Source: Candidatus Latescibacterota bacterium (GTDB lineage: Bacteria; Latescibacterota; UBA2968; UBA8231). Taken from it: a DNA stretch of 64,000 nucleotides. The stretch covers positions 5,312,001 through 5,376,000 of the forward strand of contig OZ241867.1 in assembly GCA_965203175.1 (NCBI GenBank). Direction: 5' to 3'. The position numbers were made by a program, and so were the translations under genes. The notes under the pieces were generated by a model. It ran no database searches and was not told where the DNA came from. It saw only the letters and a program-made list of their open reading frames with translations. Positions 28,426 to 37,934 of the stretch are shown here, piece by piece. The stretch's first letter is position 1; every line of letters starts with the position of its first letter.

Positions 28426-29514
28426 ATGCCACTCTACTTCTTAACCTTACTCCTAGTCACCACCGCCGCCGCTGACACCTGGAACACCTTCCGCGGCAAT
28501 CCCCAACTCACCGGCGTCGCCACCTCCGACCTCGCCCCACCCCTAACGCTACTGTGGGCCTACTCCACCCAAGACGCCATCGAATCCACCGCCGCCATCC
28601 ACGAAGGTACGGTGTACGTCGGCTCACTCGACGGCCAGCTCTATGCACTTGACTTGCACACCGGCGCGCTAGCGTGGCAGTACCAAGCCGACGGCGAAAT
28701 CAAGTCCTCCCCCACCATCGCCGACAGCACCGTGTACTTCGGCGACGAAGCCGGCACCTTCCACGCCGTCGCCATCCAAAGCGGTCAGCGCCGCTGGACT
28801 TTCGCCGCCGACGCTGGCATCATCTCCTCAGCCAACCATGCCGACGACCGTCTCTACTTTGGCAGCTACGACCAGCACCTGTACTGCCTCGATGCAACCG
28901 CCGGGACCCTGATTTGGAAAATCGCCACAGAGGGATATATTCACAGTACGCCGGCGCTGTATAAAAACCGAGTCGCCGTAGCCGGTTGCGACGGATACTT
29001 GCGGCTTTTGAATGTCACCGACGGCACACACCACCAGCGGCTTGAGCTAGGCGGGTACGTGGCTTCTAGCGCCGCCATCCAAGCGGGACGCGCGTACCTA
29101 GGCACCTTTGGCAACGAAGTACTCGGCATCGATTTAGACACAGGAGCAATCCGCTGGCGCTACGCCCACGCGGTGCGGAAATTCCCGTTTTACTCGTCGC
29201 CAGCCGTTGCCGACCAAGCAGTCGTCATCGGCGGCCGGGACAAACTCGTACACGCCCTCGACCCGCAAACTGGCCAATCCTTGTGGACCTTTGCCGCAGG
29301 AGCGCGGGTGGATTCATCGCCGGTCATCGCCGGTGATTATATTTACGTAGGTGCCCGTGCGCTCATCGCCCTCGCCCTCGCATCGGGCGCGGAAGTCTGG
29401 CGCTTTGAAACGGGCGCAGCCATCGCCGCTTCACCGGCCATCGCCGCTGGCCGACTCGTCATTGGAGCCACCGACGGCGTGCTGTATTGTTTTGGGAAAG
29501 AAATCAAACCATGA
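28426..29514 (+). CDS. PQQ/BamB-like beta-propeller protein
   Basis: Signal peptide, WNTFRGN and about eight regular SSP...VY.GS.DG.LYALD..TG...W blades. Confidence 0.9.
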   Translation: MPLYFLTLLLVTTAAADTWNTFRGNPQLTGVATSDLAPPLTLLWAYSTQDAIESTAAIHEGTVYVGSLDGQLYALDLHTGALAWQYQADGEIKSSPTIADSTVYFGDEAGTFHAVAIQSGQRRWTFAADAGIISSANHADDRLYFGSYDQHLYCLDATAGTLIWKIATEGYIHSTPALYKNRVAVAGCDGYLRLLNVTDGTHHQRLELGGYVASSAAIQAGRAYLGTFGNEVLGIDLDTGAIRWRYAHAVRKFPFYSSPAVADQAVVIGGRDKLVHALDPQTGQSLWTFAAGARVDSSPVIAGDYIYVGARALIALALASGAEVWRFETGAAIAASPAIAAGRLVIGATDGVLYCFGKEIKP

Positions 29515-30848
29515 GTTCACTCGGCAGCGACCCAGCAACCACCCGCGCCGACCGCACTGAAACCGAGGTCGGCAGCGTCTTTGTCTCCAACTACCCGGCC
29601 TATTCATTTTGGAGTGAGGAGGACGTGCCACAGGCACATCGCGCACTCGCCGACTCGCCACATCCCGACACCAAACTCGGCCTCTACCTCCACATCCCCT
29701 TCTGCCGCAAGCGCTGCAAGTTCTGCTACTTCCGCGTTTACACGGACAAAAACAGCCAGCAGATTCAGACCTACTTAGACGCCCTCGCCCGCGAGGTGGA
29801 ACACTACGCCCAACAGCCAGCGATCAAAGACCGGCCACTGCACTTTATCTACTTCGGCGGCGGCACTCCTTCTTACATCAGTTCGCGCCACCTGCGCTCC
29901 TTAGTCCAGCGCCTCAAAGACGCCATGTCCTGGGACCACGCCGACGAAATCGCCTTTGAGTGCGAGCCGGGCACCCTGACTCAAGCCAAATTGGAAGCCA
30001 TCCGCGCCATCGGCGTCACCCGCCTCAGCCTGGGAATAGAAAACCTCGACGACGAGATTCTGCGCCACAACGGCCGCGCCCACGTCAGCAAGGAAATCTA
30101 CCAAGTCATGCCTTGGATCCACGCGCTCGCCTTCGATCAGGTCAACGTCGATCTGATCGCCGGCATGGTCGGCGAGACGTGGCCGAGCTGGCGTCAGACT
30201 GTGCAAAAAACCATCGAGTTCGACCCCGATAGCGTCACCGTCTATCAGATGGAGCTACCCTACAACACGGTCTATTCCAAGGATCTGCTCGCTGGCGACG
30301 GCGAGCCGCTATCCTTAGCCGACTGGAAGACCAAGCGCGCCTGGCACGCCTATGCCTTCGAGCAATTATCCGCTGCCGGATACGTGCGTTCGAGCGCCTA
30401 CACCATGAAAAAAACGCCCGACGCCCGCTTCGTGTACCGCGACGCCGTGTGGACCGGCCAAGACATGATCGGCACCGGCGTCGCCTCCTTCTCGCACCTG
30501 AGCGGCGTCCACTACCAGAATGCGCCGCAGTGGGACGAGTACCTCGCCGCCATCGACTGCGGCAACCTCCCCATCCACCGCGCCTTCGCCACCAACCGCG
30601 AAGAACAACTCACCCGCGAGGTGATCCTCCAGCTCAAATTAGGCGCGCTGGACACCGCGTATTTCCGCGCCAAATTCGGAGTCGATATCGTCGCCCACTT
30701 CGCCACTGCACTCAGCGGCCTGCGCGACGAAGGCATGCTCCAATTCGACACCAACGCGATTGAACTGACCGATGAGGGCCTCATGCGCGTCGATCAGCTC
30801 CTGCCCGACTTTTACCAAACCCAATACCGCAACGCACGCTATACCTAA
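29511..30848 (+). CDS. HemN-like (class C-type) radical SAM enzyme
   Basis: Motifs LYLHIPFCRKRCKFCYF (CxxxCxxC), YFGGGTPS, ECEP, RLSLG, NVDLI and a HemN_C-like tail. Confidence 0.9.
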   Translation: MSSLGSDPATTRADRTETEVGSVFVSNYPAYSFWSEEDVPQAHRALADSPHPDTKLGLYLHIPFCRKRCKFCYFRVYTDKNSQQIQTYLDALAREVEHYAQQPAIKDRPLHFIYFGGGTPSYISSRHLRSLVQRLKDAMSWDHADEIAFECEPGTLTQAKLEAIRAIGVTRLSLGIENLDDEILRHNGRAHVSKEIYQVMPWIHALAFDQVNVDLIAGMVGETWPSWRQTVQKTIEFDPDSVTVYQMELPYNTVYSKDLLAGDGEPLSLADWKTKRAWHAYAFEQLSAAGYVRSSAYTMKKTPDARFVYRDAVWTGQDMIGTGVASFSHLSGVHYQNAPQWDEYLAAIDCGNLPIHRAFATNREEQLTREVILQLKLGALDTAYFRAKFGVDIVAHFATALSGLRDEGMLQFDTNAIELTDEGLMRVDQLLPDFYQTQYRNARYT

Positions 30849-30861
30849 GTAGGAGGTACCA

Positions 30862-32109
30862 TTGAAAAGCGCGATCTCACTTCTATTGTTCCTGACCGCC
30901 ACCGCACAAGCGGCCGACTGGCCCCAGTGGCTTGGCCCCCAGCGCAACGGCATCTCCAGCGAAACCGGCCTCTTCACCGCCGAGCAACCTTTTGCAGAAG
31001 CATGGCGCGTCCCGCTCGGCAATGGCTTCTCCGGCATCTCCGTCGCCGACGGGAGGGTCTTCACCATGTTCGCCCGAGGCGACGACGAGTTCGCCATCTG
31101 CCTCGATGCCGAAACCGGCAATGAGATCTGGCGTCACCGCACCGGTCCTTACTACAAGGAAACCCAAGGCGGCGACGGCCCGCGCTCGACGCCCACCGTC
31201 GATGGTGAGACCGTCTATGTACTCGGTGCCACCGGCAAGCTCTTTGCACTCGCAGCCGCGAGTGGCACGCCGATCTGGGAAAAGGACTTGGTCGCCGAGT
31301 TCAGCAGCCAAGTGCCGAGGTGGGGGTTTAGCACCTCCCCATTAGTCGAAGGCGACCTGCTCCTAGTCGAAGCCGGCGGCCACGACGGCAACTTCGTCGT
31401 CGATATGGCCATCGACCGCACAACCCCGGTCACCGCCGTAGCCCTCGACAAAGCTACCGGCGCAACCGTTTGGACCGCCCTCAACGAAAAGATGAGCTAT
31501 TCATCGCCCATCGCCTTCACTGCGGCCGGCACCCGCCAACTCGCCTATTTCACGGCTTATTCGCTTACCGGCCTAGCGCCGGAAGACGGTCGCGTTTACT
31601 GGCGCTACCCTTGGAAAACCCGCTACGACGTCAGCGCGGCGACGCCCGTTTTCATCGCGCCCGACCGAATTTTTATTTCCACCGTCAACAGCAACGGCGG
31701 CACGGTCTTGCAAATCAAGGGCAACGGCGACAGCCTCGCCGTCGAGCAGATTTGGCAAAACAAAAAGATGGAAAACGAGTTCGGCACCTCGGTCCTCTAC
31801 GAGAACCATCTCTACGGCTTTGGCGGCTCAATCCTCAAGTGCCTCGACGCCGCGACCGGCGAAGAAAAGTGGAAGACCCGAGGCTACGCCAAGGGCACCC
31901 TGCTCATCGCCGATGGCCATCTCATCATCTTGGGCGAACAAGGCAATCTCGGCATAGCCGAAGCCACGCCCGAAGGCTTTGTCGAAAAGGCTAGCTACCC
32001 CGCCTTCGACAGTCGCTGCTGGACAGTTCCTTCGCTGGCCAATGGCCGCCTCTATATGCGCGACGAAAGCGAGATCGTCTGCCTCAACGTGCAAGGAGCG
32101 ACCCAATGA
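30862..32109 (+). CDS. PQQ-like beta-propeller protein, tandem copy 1
   Basis: Signal peptide, DWPQWLGP, GPRSTP, YSSP and LYMRD. Confidence 0.9.
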   Translation: MKSAISLLLFLTATAQAADWPQWLGPQRNGISSETGLFTAEQPFAEAWRVPLGNGFSGISVADGRVFTMFARGDDEFAICLDAETGNEIWRHRTGPYYKETQGGDGPRSTPTVDGETVYVLGATGKLFALAAASGTPIWEKDLVAEFSSQVPRWGFSTSPLVEGDLLLVEAGGHDGNFVVDMAIDRTTPVTAVALDKATGATVWTALNEKMSYSSPIAFTAAGTRQLAYFTAYSLTGLAPEDGRVYWRYPWKTRYDVSAATPVFIAPDRIFISTVNSNGGTVLQIKGNGDSLAVEQIWQNKKMENEFGTSVLYENHLYGFGGSILKCLDAATGEEKWKTRGYAKGTLLIADGHLIILGEQGNLGIAEATPEGFVEKASYPAFDSRCWTVPSLANGRLYMRDESEIVCLNVQGATQ

Positions 32110-33323
32110 ACATCGCGTGCAACGCCCTGTTAGCCCTCGTCTTATACGCCTTTCCAACCTTGGCCCAAGACTGGCCGCAATGGCTCGGCCCCGACCGCAA
32201 CGGCATCTCGCCGGAGACCGGCCTGTTCGGCGACGAGCCGTCTTTTACAGAGTCTTGGCGCGTCCAAGGCGGGAAGGGCTTTTCCGGCTTGTCCATCGTC
32301 GGCGATCGCATCTATACGATGTACATCCACAGCGGAGATGAATACGCGGTCTGCCTCGACGCCAGCAACGGCGAAGTGATATGGCGCACCCGCACCGATA
32401 GGATGTTAGAGGAACGACAGGGCGGCGACGGTCCGCGCGCTACGCCTACTGTTGACGACGGGATGGTCTATGTCTTCAGCGCCTACGGCAAACTCCACGC
32501 TCTCGATAGCCAGACCGGCACCCAACAATGGAGCCACGACCTAGTCAGCGAATTCGGCATCAAGAAACCTAACTGGGGTTTTTGCGCGTCGCCACTAGTC
32601 GAGGGAGACCTCGTCTTGATTGAGGCTGGTGGCAAGCGTGGCCATTCGCTGATGGCCTTTGATAAAACTAGCGGCGAGGTCGTCTGGGCCACTGGCAGCG
32701 ACAAGACGGGATACTCCTCTCCCATCACCACCACCATCGGCCAAACGCGCCAAGCGGTGTTTTTCACTGGCTACGGGCTGATCTCGGTCGCGCCGCGACA
32801 CGGCCGGGTGCTGTGGAGACACCCCTGGAAGACCAGCCACGACATCAACATCGCTACCCCGGTTTTCATCCCGCCTAACCGCTTCTTTATCTCCTCCGAC
32901 TACGGCACGGGTGGCTCCGTGGTAGAGATCTCCCCCACAGACCGCGGCTATGCGGTGGCGGAGGTCTGGCGCAACAAAAAGATGAAAAACCACTTCGCTA
33001 CCTCCATCCACTACCAAGACCACCTCTACGGTTTCGACAGCTCGATCCTCAAATGCCTCGACGCCAGCAACGGCGAGGAAAAGTGGAAGACCCGAGGCTA
33101 CGCCAAGGGCACCCTGATCGTCGCCGACGGCCACCTTATCCTATTGGGCGAACAAGGCAATCTCGGCATAGCCGAAGCCACGCCTGAGGGCTTCGTCGAA
33201 AAGGCCAGCTACCCCGCCTTCAACAGCCGCTGCTGGACGGCCCCTTCGCTGGCCAATGGCCGCCTCTATATGCGCGACGAAAGCGAGATCGTCTGCCTCA
33301 ACGTGCAAGGAGCGACCCAATGA
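32106..33323 (+). CDS. PQQ-like beta-propeller protein, tandem copy 2
   Basis: ATGA overlap; paralog of its neighbours. Confidence 0.9.
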   Translation: MNIACNALLALVLYAFPTLAQDWPQWLGPDRNGISPETGLFGDEPSFTESWRVQGGKGFSGLSIVGDRIYTMYIHSGDEYAVCLDASNGEVIWRTRTDRMLEERQGGDGPRATPTVDDGMVYVFSAYGKLHALDSQTGTQQWSHDLVSEFGIKKPNWGFCASPLVEGDLVLIEAGGKRGHSLMAFDKTSGEVVWATGSDKTGYSSPITTTIGQTRQAVFFTGYGLISVAPRHGRVLWRHPWKTSHDINIATPVFIPPNRFFISSDYGTGGSVVEISPTDRGYAVAEVWRNKKMKNHFATSIHYQDHLYGFDSSILKCLDASNGEEKWKTRGYAKGTLIVADGHLILLGEQGNLGIAEATPEGFVEKASYPAFNSRCWTAPSLANGRLYMRDESEIVCLNVQGATQ

Positions 33324-34561
33324 GTATCGCACGCAACGCCCTGTTAGTCCTCGTCTTATGCGCCTTTCCAGCCTTGGCCCAGGATTGGTCGCGCTGGCAA
33401 TCGACAGGCTGGCCGCAATGGCTCGGTCCCGACCGCAACGGCATCTCGCCGGAGACCGGCTTGTTCGGCGACGTGCCATCGTTTGAAGAATCCTGGCGCG
33501 TCCAAGGCGGAAAGGGCTTTTCCGGTCTAGCCATCGTCGGCAATCGCATCTATACGATGTACATCCACAGCGGGGATGAATACGCGGTCTGCCTCGACGC
33601 CAGTAATGGCGAAGTGCTTTGGCGCACCCGCACCGACCACAATCTCCCGGAACGGCAGGGCGGCGACGGTCCGCGTGCCACCCCCACCGTGGACGACGGG
33701 ATGGTCTACGTCTCTAGCGCCTATGGCAAACTCTATGCGCTCGACAGCCAGACCGGCTCGCAAAAATGGAGCCACGACCTAGTGCGCGAATTCGGCAGCA
33801 AGAAGCCCCGCTGGGGTTTTTGCCCATCGCCCCTAGTCGCAGGAGACCTAGTCCTAATCGAAGCCGGCGGTACGGGCGGTCATTCGCTGATAGCCTTTGA
33901 CAAAACCAGCGGCGACATCGCCTGGAAAACCGGCAGCGACAGGCTGGGCTACTCCTCTCCTATCACCGCCACCATAGGCCAAACGCACCAAGCGGTGTTT
34001 TTTACCGGCAACGGGCTGATCGCGGTCGCGCCACAACACGGCCAGATCCTGTGGAAACACTCCTGGACGACTAGGCACAACGTCAACGCCGCTACCCCGG
34101 TTTTCATCCCACCCAATCGCTTCTTTATCTCCTCCGGCTACGGCACGGGTGCCAGTGTGGTGGAGGTCTCCGCTACAGATCGCGGTTATAGTGTGAAGGA
34201 GGTCTGGCGCAACAAAGAGATGGAAAATCACTTCGCCACTTCCATCTACTATCAAGGCCACCTCTACGGCTTTGACGGCTCGATCCTCAAATGTCTCGAC
34301 GCCGAGACCGGCGCGGAAAAGTGGAAGGCCCGAGGCTACGGCAAGGGCACCTTGATCGTCGCCGACGGCCATCTCATCCTGTTGGGCGAACAAGGCAACC
34401 TCGGCATAGCCGAAGCCACGCCTAAAGGCTTTGTCGAAAAGGCCAACACCCAAGTCCTCCGCAGCAAATGCTGGACCACCCCCTCACTCGCCGATGGCCG
34501 AATTTACCTCCGCAACGATAAGGAAATCGTCCGCATAGACGTGGTGGGGACAGCCCAATGA
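33320..34561 (+). CDS. PQQ-like beta-propeller protein, tandem copy 3
   Basis: ATGA overlap; paralog of its neighbours. Confidence 0.9.
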   Translation: MSIARNALLVLVLCAFPALAQDWSRWQSTGWPQWLGPDRNGISPETGLFGDVPSFEESWRVQGGKGFSGLAIVGNRIYTMYIHSGDEYAVCLDASNGEVLWRTRTDHNLPERQGGDGPRATPTVDDGMVYVSSAYGKLYALDSQTGSQKWSHDLVREFGSKKPRWGFCPSPLVAGDLVLIEAGGTGGHSLIAFDKTSGDIAWKTGSDRLGYSSPITATIGQTHQAVFFTGNGLIAVAPQHGQILWKHSWTTRHNVNAATPVFIPPNRFFISSGYGTGASVVEVSATDRGYSVKEVWRNKEMENHFATSIYYQGHLYGFDGSILKCLDAETGAEKWKARGYGKGTLIVADGHLILLGEQGNLGIAEATPKGFVEKANTQVLRSKCWTTPSLADGRIYLRNDKEIVRIDVVGTAQ

Positions 34562-35802
34562 TTATCGCGCGCACCGCCCTGTTCGCCCTCGTCTTAGGCA
34601 CCCCGCCAGCCTTGGCCCAAGATTGGTCGCACTGGCAATGGACGGGCTGGCCGCAATGGCTTGGCCCCCACCGCAACGGAATCTCGCCGGAGACGGGTCT
34701 GTTCGGCAAAGCGCCCTCTTTTAGAGAGTCCTGGCGCGTCCATGCCGGGCAGGGCTCTTCCGGCCTGTCCATAGTCGGGGATCGCCTCTATACAATGTAC
34801 ATCCACAGTGGAGATGAATACGCAGTCTGTCTCGACGCCCGCAATGGCGAAGTGATATGGCGCACCCGCACCACCGGCCACGGTCCCTCGGCAAGGCGAG
34901 GCGGCAGTCCGCGTGCCACCCCCACGGTTGACGGCAAGATGGTCTACGTCTTCAGCGCCCATGGCGAACTCCACGCGCTCGACAGCCAGTTCGGCACCCA
35001 ACGATGGAGCCGCGATATAATGCTCGAATTCGACAGTGAGGGTCCCGGTCGAAGCTTTGCAGCGTCGCCGCTAGTCGAGAGGAACCTCGTCTTAATCGAA
35101 GCAGGCAGTAAGAGTGGCCATTCGCTGCTGGCCTTTGACAAAACTAGCGGCGAGGTCGCCTGGACCGCTGGCAGCGACGAGAGGGGCTATTCCTCTCCCA
35201 TCATCGCCACCATCGGCCAAACGCGCCAAGCGGTATTTTTCACCGCCTACGGGCTGATCGCGGTTGCGCCGCAAAAAGGCCGGGTGCTGTGGAAATATCC
35301 CTGGATAAGCAGACAACACATCAACGCTGTCACCCCGGTTTTTATTCCACCCAATCGCTTCTTTATCTCCTCCGGCTCCGGCATGGGCGGCGCTGTGGTG
35401 GAAGTCACCTCCACAGATAAGGGCTATGAAGTGGCGGAGATCTGGCGCAATAATAACATGCAAAACCACACCACCACCTCAATCTACTACCAAGGGCACC
35501 TCTACGGTTTTGACGGCTCGGTCCTCAAATGCCTCGACGCCGAGACTGGCGCGGAAAAGTGGCAGACTCGGGGCTATGGCATGGGTGCCCTGATCGTCGC
35601 CGATGGCCACCTCGTCATCTTGGGTGAACGCTGCAATCTCGGAATAGCCGAAGCCACGCCCGCTGGCTTCGGCGAAAAAGCCAACATCTCAGTCTTCTTC
35701 CACAGCATATGCGAGACCGTCCCCTCGCTCGTCAACGGTCAGATCTACCTCCGCGACAATAAAGAAATCGTCGGCATAAACATAGTGGGGGCAACTCAAT
35801 GA
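34558..35802 (+). CDS. PQQ-like beta-propeller protein, tandem copy 4 (most divergent loops)
   Basis: ATGA overlap; paralog with substituted loop motifs. Confidence 0.88.
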   Translation: MIIARTALFALVLGTPPALAQDWSHWQWTGWPQWLGPHRNGISPETGLFGKAPSFRESWRVHAGQGSSGLSIVGDRLYTMYIHSGDEYAVCLDARNGEVIWRTRTTGHGPSARRGGSPRATPTVDGKMVYVFSAHGELHALDSQFGTQRWSRDIMLEFDSEGPGRSFAASPLVERNLVLIEAGSKSGHSLLAFDKTSGEVAWTAGSDERGYSSPIIATIGQTRQAVFFTAYGLIAVAPQKGRVLWKYPWISRQHINAVTPVFIPPNRFFISSGSGMGGAVVEVTSTDKGYEVAEIWRNNNMQNHTTTSIYYQGHLYGFDGSVLKCLDAETGAEKWQTRGYGMGALIVADGHLVILGERCNLGIAEATPAGFGEKANISVFFHSICETVPSLVNGQIYLRDNKEIVGINIVGATQ

Positions 35803-37934
35803 GAAATCTGTACGGCGCGCTGCTATTTTTTGCCTTGTCGCTAACGGCACCCCTCGCCCTCGCCCAGAGCGCCGACGACTCACTCCACGTCGTCGACGAG
35901 ACCATTGTCACCGGCTCGCGACTGGCCATCCCCCGCGCCAACGCCATCGCCACCAAAATGCCACTGCCCCTGCGCAAGACTCCCTTGAGCGTCGGTATCG
36001 TCCCCCAAGCCCTGATCGAAACGCAGGACGGCGCAACGCTCAGCGACGCACTGGCCAATGTCAGCGGCGTCGGCGTCCACACCAATTTCGGCGTCCACGA
36101 CCTGTTCTACCTGCGCGGCTTCGACTCGCTCGCCAACGGCTTGGTACTCTCCGACGGAGTCCCTGAACCCGAAGCGACCTTCTATCAACTCTACAATGTT
36201 GACCGCGTCGAGGCCCTCAAAGGCCCCGGTGCCTTCCTCTACGGCGGCAACCCCCTGTCGGGCACCATCAACCTCGTCCGCAAACGGCCAGACCCGGTGA
36301 ACGACTTTGCCCGCGTCAACGCTTCCCTAGGGAGTTTCTCCACCTACCGCGCCACCTTCGACGCCAGCCGCGCCCTACCCGACCAGAGCCTCGCCCTGCG
36401 TCTCAACGCCCTGTGGCAAGACGCGGAAGGCTACCGCGACGACAAAAACAGCTCGATTCTCGCCGTAAACCCAACGCTGCGGCTGAACCTCGGCGAGCGC
36501 TCGACGCTGCACCTCGACTTCGAGTACTTGACGAGCGAACATAGCTCCGACTCGGGGCTGCCCATCGTCGGCGGCGCACTGCCCGATGTGCCGCGCACTC
36601 GCTCATACCAGTCGCCCTTTGACCTTTCCGAACAGACCATCGTGCGCTTGCGCGCTGATTACGAATGGCATTTAGCGTCTAATTTCACTTTGCGCGACAA
36701 ACTCTACTACACCAGCCTCGACTGGCCCTCGCAGGGGACCCTCTTCAATGGGGCTTTTCCCAACGCGGCCGGTTCGCTGGACCTCGCCCGCACGCTGCTC
36801 GACCTCGACGACCAGCAGCGGATCGTCGGCAACCAACTCGAAGGCCTGCTGGAATTGCAAACCGGCGGAATCGAGCACCAACTCCTCTTTGGCTTTGAAG
36901 TCGCCCGCCTCGCAGATGACTTCACCCTCGACGTGGCGTTGCTTTCGTTCGTCGATCTGTTCACACTCGACGCGACGTTGCCGCCGAGTTTGGCCCCCTT
37001 CATGCCAGCAGAAGCCGGGACCGATTCCCTCGTGGTCCCCCTGCCTGACCAAGCGACGGCCGCCCAAGCGACCGCACAATCCCTCGCACCCTACTTTGTC
37101 GACCGCATAATTTTCAGCCCCCACTTCGAGCTACTGCTCGGGGGCCGCTTCGACCGGATCGATTACGAGGACGACCTCACTGCCACCAAGCGCGATTACC
37201 GGCAGCTAAGCCCGATGCTCGGCGCGATCTTCGCCCCCACGCAGACCTTCTCGCTCTACGCCAATACAGGCCGCGCCTTTGCCCCGCCTTCCTCTCAAGT
37301 CGTCGGCGACCGCGAACCCGAGGAAAGCACCCAGTACGAAATCGGAGCCAAAGCCGCGCTACTCGACGGCAACCTCAGCGCCAACCTCGCCGTCTTTAAC
37401 CTCGACAAAGAGCATATCGCCATCCCGGATGACAACGGGGTCACCCAGCAGCTCGGCGACCAGCGCACCCGGGGCTTGGAGTTGGAACTAGCAGCGCGTC
37501 TGGCCCAAGGATGGTACGCCCAAGGCACCTATGCCTTTTTAGACGCCGAACTGACGCGCTTCAACGAAGCCGTATTGGTCCCCACCGCCGACGGCTTCGT
37601 CCCCCTAATTTTCGACCGCACGGGCAATGTGCCAGCCTTCGCGCCCGAACACCTTTTGACGTTGTGGGCCGCCCGCGACTTGGGCGAAAACCTCACCTTG
37701 GCCGCTGGCATTCGCTACGTCGGCAGCCAGTTCGTCGCCGAGGACAATGTCTATGAGATCGACGGCGCGCTGACACTCGACTGCGGGCTGACCTACCGTC
37801 AGGGTCCGGCCCTCTTGCGGATAAACCTCAAGAACGCAACCAACAGCGAATACGAGACCCGGGGATTCGGTGCCTACTCGGTCATCCCGGCTGCCCCTTT
37901 CTCCTTCAAAGCGACCCTAGGTTATTCGCTGTGA
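35799..37934 (+). CDS. TonB-dependent receptor (siderophore receptor-like)
   Basis: TonB box DETIVTG, ATKMPLPLRKTPLSV, LRGF, VDRVEALKGPGAFLYG and C-terminal GYSL. Confidence 0.92.
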   Translation: MRNLYGALLFFALSLTAPLALAQSADDSLHVVDETIVTGSRLAIPRANAIATKMPLPLRKTPLSVGIVPQALIETQDGATLSDALANVSGVGVHTNFGVHDLFYLRGFDSLANGLVLSDGVPEPEATFYQLYNVDRVEALKGPGAFLYGGNPLSGTINLVRKRPDPVNDFARVNASLGSFSTYRATFDASRALPDQSLALRLNALWQDAEGYRDDKNSSILAVNPTLRLNLGERSTLHLDFEYLTSEHSSDSGLPIVGGALPDVPRTRSYQSPFDLSEQTIVRLRADYEWHLASNFTLRDKLYYTSLDWPSQGTLFNGAFPNAAGSLDLARTLLDLDDQQRIVGNQLEGLLELQTGGIEHQLLFGFEVARLADDFTLDVALLSFVDLFTLDATLPPSLAPFMPAEAGTDSLVVPLPDQATAAQATAQSLAPYFVDRIIFSPHFELLLGGRFDRIDYEDDLTATKRDYRQLSPMLGAIFAPTQTFSLYANTGRAFAPPSSQVVGDREPEESTQYEIGAKAALLDGNLSANLAVFNLDKEHIAIPDDNGVTQQLGDQRTRGLELELAARLAQGWYAQGTYAFLDAELTRFNEAVLVPTADGFVPLIFDRTGNVPAFAPEHLLTLWAARDLGENLTLAAGIRYVGSQFVAEDNVYEIDGALTLDCGLTYRQGPALLRINLKNATNSEYETRGFGAYSVIPAAPFSFKATLGYSL

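Larger units (their letters stand above)
30862..35802 (+). repeat. Tandem array of four paralogous propeller genes (about 1.2 kb unit)
   Basis: Stops spaced 1214, 1238 and 1241 bp apart. 81 bp identical between 32029-32109 and 33243-33323. Each copy ends GATQ/GTAQ with an ATGA overlap. Confidence 0.9.

Noticed and set aside
29511-30848. Genuine hemN (heme biosynthesis)
   Set aside because: The context has no tetrapyrrole genes, and HemN-like family membership alone does not imply that activity.
30862-35802. Diversity-generating retroelement or CRISPR as the source of repeats
   Set aside because: The repeats are whole-gene duplications. There is no reverse transcriptase, template repeat, short repeat-spacer pattern or cas gene.
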